The notes under the pieces are model-generated. The model had not been told where the DNA came from, did not search any database, and saw only the letters and a program-made list of their open reading frames with translations. This document shows positions 47,101-57,500 of a stretch of DNA of 64,000 bases, piece after piece. Both the position numbers and the translations under genes were made by a program. The stretch comes from Cyanophora paradoxa CCMP329 (Eukaryota > Plantae > Glaucophyta), in NCBI GenBank assembly GCA_004431415.1, contig QPMI01000408.1:1163364-1227363 (forward strand), in the 5' to 3' direction. Each line of letters opens with the position of its first letter. The stretch's first letter is position 1.

Positions 47101-50100
47101 GACCAAGTCGATCCTGGAGGCGGCCTCGGACGCCATCATCGTCTGGTGCGCCCCCCTTTAAGGCTCCAAGGCTTTAATTTAAGGCTATTTGGCTATTTGG
47201 CTTCCTTCAAGCTCGGCTATAAAGAGTATGTAAAAAGGCTTCTTTAGCTTGGCGGCCTCGGACGCCATCATCGTCTGGTGCGCCCTCGAGCTTGCAATCG
47301 GCGGGCCTCCTATGGAAAGCCTATGGAAAGGCTTGAAGGCTCTTTAGCTTCCTTCAGGCTCGACTATAGAGACTTTTTAAGGCCGCACCTCCTATGACTA
47401 TAAAAGAAGGCGGACCTAGCCCGAAGCCCCCCCCCCCCCCCCCCCCCCCCCCCACCCCCCCCCCACCCCCACCCCAACCCCCACCCTTCCCACTCGCCTC
47501 TCCAAGCTCGGCGGACCTCCTGTGGAAAGCCCGTTTGTTTAGCTCCAAGCTCGACTATTTAAAGGTTTAAAGCCTTTATATCTCTAGCTCGCCTATTACT
47601 CAGTGTCGCTAGCTCGCGATCGCCTCTCAGAGCCCCCCCCCGCTCGCTTCTAACGACACCGAGTCTCAAGTCTCCCGCGCGCCTCGCTTTCTTCTCCTTG
47701 ACGCCTATAAAGACTATAAAGGCTATTTTAGCGTCTTTCTTCTCCTTGACGCCCGCCGGCAGCGACGCGGAGGGCTCCATCCAGGTCTTCAACGCCGCCG
47801 CCGAGCAGGTCCCGCCCCCACGCCCCCGCCCCGGCCCCCGCCCTCCTCACTCCTCCCCCCGCTCTCCTCCAGCTGCTGGGGTGGAGCGCCGACGAGGCCC
47901 TCGCCACGCCCGTCTCCGCCATCGTCGGCGACGTCCGCAAAGCCCCGCCCCTCTAACCACGCAAGAGCGCGCGGATAATAAGAGCACAGCCGCCCGCCCC
48001 GCCCCGCCCCGCCCCGCCCCGCCCCGCCCCGCCCCGCCCCGCCCAACGCGAAGAAGATCCATCTAGAGCGCCATGGCGTCCTCTGCCGTGTGCCTGCCAG
48101 GCTGCGCTTGCTGATCCAGAACCCCTCGCCCCGCCCCGCGCCGCGGCAGATCCTGCCGCGGGCGCACGAGGGGGCGGACGGGGAGGCCGAGTTCGCCGCC
48201 CAGCGCGACCTCTTCGCGGCTAGGAAGGTCCGCCCCGCGAAGCCGCTGAGCCGCCCCTGGAGTGCGATACCATAAAGCTTTAAGAATCGATAAGATCATG
48301 CGATGATACACACATACATCCGATTTCTCGGAACTTAAAAAAGCAATGCGATAAAGCGATGCGATGCGATGCGATGCGATGCGTTGCTCGTCGCTGCGTT
48401 GTTCGACGATAAAACCGAGTTCCTGAAGAAGAAGAAGCTCGGGCCCTGATCGCACCGGCGCCGCCGCCGCCGCCGCCCCCGCAGAACGGGACGAAGTTCC
48501 CGGCGCACGTCTCCGTCGGCCGCGGGCGCGCCGGCCGCCGCCCCTACTTCGTCCTCTTCATCCGGTCCGCCCCGCCCTCCCCTGCGCTTCTCGCCTCCTA
48601 GTCTAGTCCCAGCTTTGTCTTCTAGTCCCAGCTTTGTCTTCTAGTCCCAGCTTTATCTTTATCACCTTCTAGTCCCAGCTTTATCCCCTGCGCTTTTCGC
48701 CTTCAAGTCTAGTCCCAGCTTTATCTTTATGAGACTAGAAGACGCCCCTCTGCACCTTTCAAACCGATAGCCACCCCGCCCCTACTTCGTCCTCTTCATC
48801 CGGTCCGCCCCGAATCGCATCGCGCAGACTAGACGCCCCTCCGCACCTTTCAAACCGATAGATAGCTCACCCGTGAGCGAGCGAGCGATCCATCGAACCA
48901 TCCATCCATCCGAGCGAAGCGCGCGCCCGCCTCTGACCTCGCCCCTTCCTCCTCCTTCCCCGCAGAGACGTGACGGAGCGGCACCGGGCGGAGGCGGCGC
49001 TGCAGGCGGAGAAGGCCCGCTCCGACCTCCTCCTCCGCAACATCCTCCCCGACCGTCCGCCCCGCCCGACCATCCGACCCGATCCTTATATGTAATTTCA
49101 ATGTGTATCTGAGGCCGCCGGGCGCAGCCATCGTGGACCGGCTGAAGGAGGGCAACGAGGACGCGCGCCCCGCCCCGCCCGCCCGGCCGCACCGCGGCCC
49201 CGACCCCGCCCGCCGGCCGCTGACCTCTGCCCCACGTTCCGCCCGGCCGCAGATCATCGCCGACGCCATCGACGAGTGCACCATCCTCGTGCGCCCCCCT
49301 GCACCCCCAGGCCGGATTCTTAGTCTTAGTCTAGTAGAGGCTTGATAGCGATGGTTTCAGTGCTCGCTATGTGTCTTTCCCAATCGCATCTGCTGCTCCG
49401 CGCCTCCCCCTCTGATTCTCCCGGCGGCAGTTCTCGGACCTCGTCGGCTTCACGCACATGTGCTCCTCGATGAGCCCCGACGAGACCGTCTCCCTCCTCT
49501 CCGAGCTGTGCGCCAAGAAATACGACACACCGTAGCAAAAGCACGACGAAACATAGCGCAACATAACATAACATAGCAGCCGGGCCGCTCCCCCCCCCCT
49601 CCCCCCACCCTCCCTCCCCTCCTCCTCCCTCTCCCCCCGAAACATAGCGAACTCGCTCGCTCGCGAGGCTCACGATAGGAAAAACGCACAACAATAAGCA
49701 AACATTGCGCGAAAGCGTGGACGCCCGCGGGCCGCTCACGCCTGCGGTTCATAGCGAAACATATAGCCAACTTTCTCGCTCGCTGAGGCTCATGATCACG
49801 CCTGCGGTGCAGGTTCAACCGCTTCGACGAGCTGCTGGAGAGCCACGGCGTCGACAAGGTCAAGACCATGTGCGCCCCTGCGCTTCCCCCGCCCTCGCCC
49901 GCCCCTGGCCGCCAGCCCGCCCGCCCGCCCCCGCCCCCGCCCCCGTTTCCGTTGGCGGTTTTCCCAGCTGAGCACCTGACGCTCCTTCCCTCCCTCCCTC
50001 TCCCTCGGCAGCGGCGACGCGTACATGGCCTTCACTGTGCGCCCCGACCCGCCGACCCGTCGGCGCCGATGCCGGTCTTTTGAATTTCCTGAAATTTCCG

Positions 50101-51030
50101 CCCGCCTCGCCCCGCCCCTCGCGCGCAGACCAAGCCGGCGGAGGTCATGATCGACTACGCGATGGGTCCGTTTGCATTGATATCGATCCTGCTTTCGTTC
50201 CGTCTCTAATTTACTTCGTTTTACTTGGGCGCCCGGCAGACATGATGGACGCGGTGCTGGCGATGAACCGCGAGCGCGGCTCGAGCCTCTCCGTCCGCAT
50301 CGGCGTCCACACCGGCTCCGTCGTCGCAGGCGCGTCCTCGAAGTCCTGCAGAAACAGCTGCAGAGCGCATTTCCGACGAGATGTCGGGCTCACGCTGTCG
50401 GGCTTGCAGGTGTCATCGGCACGAAGCGGCTCGCGTACGACATGTGCGCTGTGGCTCAAAGCTTGCGCTTGCGCTTCCGGTGGCGGGTTCCTGACGGGTC
50501 GGGGTCGCAGATGGGGCGACGCAGTCAACACGGCGAGCAGGTGCGCATTTCCGCTCGACATTCAAGATTTCGGCCCCGCCGCAGTCCTTGCTAACATGCC
50601 GAGCAGGATGGAGTCTTCGGGCGTGGCCGGGCGCGTCAACATCAGCGGGAGCACGCACGAGGTGCCGCGCGCCCCAGCGTCGCGCCGCTCGTCTACGATT
50701 TCTTTCGCGATCGCCGACCCCGCCGCCGGCGCCTTGCGCAGCGCGTGAAGTACAAGTTCGCGTGCGAGGACCCGCGCGAGGTCGAGGTCAAGGGCAAGGG
50801 CGTCATGACCACGTGCGCCCTCCTGCGGCCTTCGGCCCCGCCTTTCGATTCTCATACCCTTCGTTTTTAGGTACCTCGTGAAGGGCCGCCTGGCCTCCCG
50901 CTCCTTCAAGCAGCAGCGGAGCGCCTACGGGTCGTTCCTGCAGCGGCGGCCGGACCCGGCGCCGGCCGGGTCCGGCTCGTCCACGCCCCCCCCGCGCATC
51001 CCGTCGCGGGCGGGCAGCGTCTACATATGA
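35159..51030 (+). CDS. Large multi-TM class III adenylyl cyclase with PAS domain (TmcB/C-like N-terminal architecture), many introns
   Basis: PAS: SILEAASDAIIV..DAEGSIQVFNAAAEQ|LLGWSADEA...RK|NGTKFPAHVSV...FVLFIR|DVTER. Then EKARSDLLLRNILP and cyclase motifs FSDLVGFT, KVKTI|GDAYM, RIGVHTGSVVAG|VIG, YDI|WGDAVNTASR|MES, VKGKGVMTT|Y. N-terminal TM exons include YYLPYHRPFSN. That it is a single gene is inferred. Confidence 0.85.
47996..48725. repeat. Intronic microsatellites: (CCCCG)n ~47996-48043, (GCGAT)n ~48356-48382, CTAGTCCCAGCTTT repeats ~48604-48725
   Basis: Directly visible tandem units. Confidence 0.9.
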
Positions 51031-52152
51031 GCGGGCAGCTTCGATTCACATCTTAGCCGTCCTCTCTGCCTTCGACGTATTGATATCGAAACGAAGGTTT
51101 TCGCTTGTCGCGCACAGTGTTTCTTTTTATATTCGTAACATTATTGTAGAAAATGTTTAGGCCTCGTTCGTACATACCAGCAAGCGCCGGTACAGCTAGC
51201 TATAGCTTTAGCTAGCTAGCTAGATCTGTAGAGCTAGCTTTAGCCTGCTGCTCTCTTGATCTAGATCTGCTCAGCGGCTGCTGGCAATCGGCGGCTGCTG
51301 GCAATTACTGGCAGCTGCAATGTGGCCAACTGTACCTTTACCTTGTGATGTGCTGTGTATACTTTCAAGCTTGTATTTGCGTCTTTAATTTGTGATAGAG
51401 AAGCCCTTGTCTGTTTATCTGACTTACTGTGCTTATCGGCACATCTAGTGTCGGCGCCTAAGGGCCGACTAAGCATAATCTAGTTTGACCGTCGGACTCC
51501 GGGACTGTGATTCCGCTTTCGAATTCCTCCTTTCAAGTATAGATTCGAATTCTATAGCTAGATCTACAGATGGATTGGCCGCCGAGCTCGAATTCGATGC
51601 TGCCAGGTGGTCGTATTGAGATCGTATGTAAAGAATTCCGCGATTACCCAACCATATATATCCTGCCCCCGCTAATTGAGGTGACGTCATGATCAGAAGC
51701 GCTTCCCAAGCCCTTGAGGAATTCGAATTCGAAACTGGGCCGGGGAAAATCATGGCATGTCCAATGGCCAGCCACATTTTTTGTCCCAGCATGCATGGCA
51801 TATATGCATAGCTATAGATCTAGATGCGCACATGCACGTGCACACGCGCGCATGCATTCAGCGACCTTCAAGGCTTGGATTCAAAAAGTCGGCGTAATTT
51901 ATAAAAAGCAGCAAGAGAGAATTTTCGAAGTCTGCTTGGCTAAGGTACATAATTTGATTTTGTCCACTGCGTACACTCAGCTAGCCCTAGAGGCGAGAAA
52001 TAATCATACTGCTTCCAAAATCCGAACTTCGGAAGCAATTACGTATACCATGAACTATTACTGAAGAGAATTATGAACTCTTGATTTGTTGTGATTTGAT
52101 ATCCTTCATTCTGAAAACGCGAGTGGGAAGCTTAAGATGAAGATGCTCATGA

Positions 52153-54252
52153 TCAAGCGCGGTCGGCTGTCTTCTGGGAGGCAGTGAGAATCGCCAACAT
52201 TTCCGCGCTGTCAATTCGTTGCATCTGCGCCGCCGCGATAGCCAGAACCCCCTGCGATCGCGAATTCGAACCCTCGAGTCGAGAGAATTCATGCACATGA
52301 TTAGAGTCTTTAGACTTAATCATGAAATTATAATTATAACCTGACTTGTAACGAATATCGGAACACGTCAGCGGCAGAAAGTACACGAACCTTCACGTCG
52401 CTGGCAGCGTATGCCAAAAGGTGATTTGGCAGAGTTCGCTGGAGGAAGAGGCGAGGGTTCGATGCGAAATCTACGACCTGGGGACCAGATATCGATTTAG
52501 TGTTAATCATGTGATTTTGGGCATATGCATGTGGAGGAGAGTGTCACCTGCTTGAAGCGGTTGATTGCGTGCGGTGCGTACCTCCCAAGAAGCTCGTTGA
52601 GCCCGGCCGGCCGCTTGTGGCCCTTGATTTGCTTCTCAGCTTCCTGCACGTGCACATGCCCGGAGAAAATCGATATCATCATGATGTCGTCAACATGCTT
52701 CGTAGTTAAATTGATTGACTGAGAGCACCTGGGTGTCGAACACGTGATTGATGCTGACTCCGTATTCTCGCCGCAGCGTTCTGGCATCATTTATGCAGCC
52801 GTGCATGAACTGAGTTTTCGATCGATTAGCAAATGCAAATAAATATTCAGCAATCACTCTTGAATATCAGCATCGTGTGAACTAGAACTCATCTCACCTT
52901 CATGATTGATGGATTCTCGAGTAATTCCTGGAGACCAGCATTGCGAAATGGGCAAAGGGACCAAGAGACCGACTCGGATGCTTGATAAATATCAAGAACA
53001 AATGTCTCCGTGTCCGTCGCGATCTGAGAAATTTTCGATGAATATGTAGTATATGTATAGCTATCATTTGCGACTTGCATATTTTTATGTTCCGAATGCG
53101 GTCCCAGATGTCTTAAGATTTGTATTTAGAAATATTATTGCGAATGATGTACTGTACCTGAATCAACCTGATTTGGCCATCCGCACCACCAAGATTGAAC
53201 CCCTCGATGTCCAGCGCGAAGTAATTTAAGCCGTGCACGTGCAAGGCGCGCACCACCTTGTTCACCCCCGAGAAAGTCGTCACGTACTTGAACCGTTCGC
53301 CGCTCATCACGACCTCAAAGCTGTCGAGCTCGTCATCGTATGCATCTGTACGTGCGGTCCATTGTTAATTTTAATGAAACTACAGTTAAGCTCAATGAAT
53401 TAATATTAATGAAATGCAGGTCTGACCTGAAGTGTCTGAATCGGTATATACGTCATCGTCAGTTTCCTGATGATCGTCTTCATCTGAGTCGACGTCATGA
53501 TCAGCTGCACACCCATGATAAAATATCAATTTTTCGATATTTTAAAATGCTCTAGCTTAATCAATCCAAGCGCGCGCCGCAAGCTTAAGGCTCATCGTAA
53601 TCACCCGAAATCGAATTCGAATCTTCATCATAATTATCAGATGCATAATGTGCGATATTAATTACTCGCTTCGATTGCTATATATATTATTATAGGCTAG
53701 CGCATGCGCATATACATATATATACGTGCTCTGAACATGCACATGCATATATATGATCATGAATGCTAAACCCAAACCTGACGTTGACGCGTCGACTTCG
53801 GAATCGTCCAAAGCCGAGCCCTCATACGCTTCGTGTGCGTTATCGACTTTCATTCGCAGGTGCTGCTTGAGGGACGCCTGGCTCACGAACGCGAACCGCG
53901 CAGCTGACCGCGGGCAGCCGCTGACGGGGCAGACGGGGTGCTCGCACTCGCTCCAATCGCCCTCGCAGACGCCGCAGGGCTTCGCATCCTGCGCTGCTGC
54001 ATACGCCTCGTCGTGTTCATCATCGCCCTTCTCTCGCAGGTGCTGCTCGAGGGACGCCTGGCTCACGAATGCGTGCCGCGCGGCCGACCGCTTGCAACCG
54101 CTGACGGGGCAGACGGGGTGCTCGCACTCGCGCCAATCGCCCTCGCAGACGCCGCAAACGCCTCCCTGGCAATCTGTGTCGCGCCGGTGCCGTTTGACAG
54201 CTCCAAAGCTAACGAAGTAGCGGCCGCAGCAGAGGTAACCGGACGAAGTCAT
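52153..54252 (-). CDS. DEDDy 3'-5' exonuclease (EXD1/WRN-exo-like) with N-terminal tandem zinc fingers and acidic linker
   Basis: ExoI FALDIEG (~53203-53220), IRLIQ|IAT, LLENPSIMK|FMHGCINDA (ExoII), VFDTQ, GLNELL and ExoIII YAASDV (~52394-52411). The N-terminal Cys/His repeats are in ORF 53662-54258. Confidence 0.88.
53823..54156 (-). repeat. ~180-bp tandem coding duplication of a zinc-finger module
   Basis: Two near-identical copies encoding CGVCEGDWxECEHPVCPVSGCxRSAARxAFVSQASLxQHLRxKxDxxH. Confidence 0.95.
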
Positions 54253-54527
54253 CGGCACAGCTATATCGATTGCAGCTGTACGATCGCTAGGCGCGGGGAG
54301 CAGCCTCCCGAGCGGGGCCGGAAAACTTCGGGCAAGTCTTCGGGCGAAATGATTCCTCTATGTACCCCTGCCGCCAGCGACTGCTTCGCCGCTTCGTCAG
54401 TTCGCCGCTCCGCATGACGGGCAACACGAGCGCATAGCGAAGATGGCGAAGTTCCAGGCGATCTAAAGCGCTTGAGAGCGCTTGAGCACCGAGCAGCGAA
54501 GCCGCGCGGCACGGGCAAGACGAGCGC

Positions 54528-57500
54528 ATGTCGCGTCCCTTTATCGCTTCGCAAGCGAGCAATGGAAGCGTCAGCGCTCCCCTGGCGCTGCCGACGGAGC
54601 GCGCGGAGGCCGCCCTCGCTGCCGGTCAGGTCGACCTGCCGCCCCCGCTCTGCGCGGGTGTGATCGACCTGGAGAACGACGCCGAGTCTGTCGGCGGCGA
54701 CGGTGCGCGTTAGCGAGCGCGCTCGTCGAGATTGCAGAGCGCCGACGTCCTCTCAGAGGCCGAGGATCCGGAGCCAGCGGAGCCCGAGGCCGAGGCCGAA
54801 GAGCTCGACGACGAGGCGCGGCTCGTCGATCGCCTGAATTCGAACGAATGCGCCTGGCGCGTCGAGCTGCGTCGGAACGGCTCCGCGAGCACTTACGCCG
54901 CGCGCAGGGAGGTGGTCGTCTCGGACTGCGCGTGGCGGCAGTGGCGGGCGAAGAAGGGCGTCGAGCCCGTGCTGAGGCGGGACGTCCTGCGCAAGCTCAT
55001 CCGCATCGCCAGCGGCCAGCGCGGCGCACGCCTCTCGAAGCGGATCGCCCTCCCGGTGTGCACGCGGCGCCGCCCCGCGCGCCCCTCCCGGCGCCGCTGA
55101 GCGGTGTGCGCAGCAAGCGCCGCAGCCGCAGCTCTTCGAATCGTACCTCTGCGCCCGCGGCTGGCGCGCGCTATGGGAAGAGGCGCGTTCGTCGCGCCCC
55201 GCGCCCGCGCCCGCCCGCCGCGCGTGCGGCACAGGCCCGCGGGCTGACTGAGCGACAGGTGGTGGGGGTCTCGGGGCGGGACGGCGTCGTGCGGGATCAA
55301 ATTCTGCTGTGGTGCGCCCCTTTGAGCCCCGCGCCCCGCGCTCCCGCGCCCGGCCCACGGGGCGGGCGCAGGGGCGTCTTCGGCCACGACAGGACGGAGG
55401 CACGGATCCGCTACATCGAAGAGAAGATCCAGGGGCGGCCCCCCTTGGAGCTGCGGCCGGCGCCGCGGCCCGCCGGCCCCGGCGGCGCGAGGCTGCCGCG
55501 CGAGTTTGCGGGGGACCTGCCGCCCTCCGCCCCCGGGCGCCGCTACCTCGTCGCAGCGTCCCTGTACCCCGACGAGGCCCCGTCGGCCGCTGGTACCGGT
55601 GACGGCTCCGGGGGCGAGCGGCGGGGGCGCGACCGCGAGGCGGGTGCGCCGCGCCGCGCCGCGCGTGCAGCGGGTCGCGGGCCGCGGCGCCGACGCGGGC
55701 GGGGCGCAGACCAGCAGACGCTGGCGGAGGTGCGGGCGGAGGCGGCGGCGGTGGCGCTGCTGCCGCTGGCGGGCGGCGCCGACTTCCCGAACGAGATCGC
55801 CGCGCGGAGCAGCGGGGCGCCGTGGGCGCCGCCTGGCCCTGCCTCGTCAACGGGCGGCCCGGCACCGGCAAGACCTCCTGCGCCGCCCTCCGGTGCCCGC
55901 CCCGCCCCGCGGCCCGGCCCGGCAGCGCCGCTGACGCGGGGCGGCGCAGGCTGTGGGCGGGGCACCGGGCCTACTGGGGCCGCTCGCGCGGGGCGCGGCT
56001 GCTCTCGCGGACGGGCACTACCGTTCGGTCTTCCTCGCGGCGAGTGCGGCGCTCTGCCGCGAGGTCCGCGCCGCCTTCTGCAGGCTGGTGCGGCCCGCCC
56101 CGCCCGCCTCGGCCCCGCGCTCGCTGCCGGTGACGCCGGGCGCGCAGCGGCGGCGGAGGGCGCCTCGATGCGGGCGGTCGTCACGCGCGACGCGGCGGCG
56201 GCGGCGGTGCGCCCACCATTTCTAGATTCGATCTCCTCAGAGAGCGTCGTTCTGACGGCGGGGCGGCGGGGCAGGATGAGGAGGTGGACGGGATGGGCGC
56301 CGACGACGACGCGCTCGCCGCCGCCGCCGCCGCGTCGCTGGCGGAGCTCGACGAGGCCGCCTTCCCCCTCTTCGGTGCGCCCCGCCGCGCTCGCGGCGCC
56401 GGCGCCGCTAAACCTGACCGGCCGCGGCGCGCAGTGACGCGGGACCGGTTCCTGCGGATGCTGAACGGCGCGCTGGACCGGCCGTTCGACCTCGCCGGCG
56501 AGGGCGAGGTGCGGGAGCCGGCAGCCGGGCACGCCGCGGCCGGCGGGGGCGGCGCTGACGCGGGCGGCAGCGGCTGGTGACGGCGGCGCGGTTCCAGGCG
56601 GAGCTGTGGCCGGAGCTGTGCACGGCGGGGCGCGACGAGCTGCGGGCGATCGGCAGCGACGCCGCGTGGCTCGAGATCGTCTCCCACATCCGGTGCCCGC
56701 CCCGCCACGTCCTCCCGGCGCCCCTCCCGCGCAGCGTGCGCTGACGGCGGACAACGGCGCAGGGGCAGCCTGGACGCGCTCCTGTCGCCCGACGGCTGCC
56801 TCTCCGAGGCGCAGTACCATGAGCTCGGAGAGGCTCTCCGACGGCTCGGAGCTCGGACGCATGCAGTGCGCCCCGCGCGGCCCGCCCCGACCCGCCGCGT
56901 CACGTCAGCCGTGGACCGACCCGCGCCCTGCGGCAGGTCGACGCTGGGCGAGGGGCAGCGGCGGGCGGTCTACGCGCTGCACGCGCGCTACGAGCAGCTG
57001 AAGCGGAGCCCGCGGCACGCCCGCGCCGGCGGCGCCCTCTTCGACCACATGGTCCGCCCGGGCCCTGCCCCGCGCCTGCCCCGGCCCGCGCCCCGCGCCC
57101 CGAGCTGACGTGCGCGGGCGCCTCCGCTGCAGGACGTCGTGCCACACGGTGCACCACGTGTTCCGGCGGGTGCGGGCGGGGGGGTACCGCGGGCCGGCCG
57201 TGCACGAGGCCTACGTCGACGAGGTCCAGGTGGGCCCTTTCCTCGCAGGGCGGCCTTCCGGCCCCGGCTTGGCCCCGTCTTGAGGCGGCCGGCCGGGCAG
57301 GACTTCACGGCGGCGGAGGTCGGCCTCGTGGCGGCCTTCGCGGGCGACGCGCGCGCGCTGTGGCTCTCCGGCGACTCCGCGCAGGCCATCGCCCGCGGTC
57401 CGCCGCCCGCCCCACCACGCCCCGCGCCCCGAGTTCCTGACCGCGGCCCCGGCTCGCAGGGGTCTCCTTCCGCTTCTCGGATCTGAAGCGGCTGATCTGA

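Noticed and set aside
47427-47480. Long poly-C/poly-G tracts (also ~18331-18350 and ~38251-38273) as functional G-quadruplex elements
   Set aside because: They are common in this GC-rich intronic background and their lengths are unreliable; there is no specific evidence of function.
24947-51030. Rhodopsin-cyclase fusion (enzyme rhodopsin)
   Set aside because: The opsin and cyclase are on opposite strands and separated by other genes, and the opsin stops shortly after helix G.
57498-57500. In-frame TGA in the helicase as readthrough, selenocysteine or an alternative code
   Set aside because: The downstream frame also shifts. Restoring a collapsed GGG gives I-W-E-V-E-Q, and TGA is used as a normal stop in other genes here.
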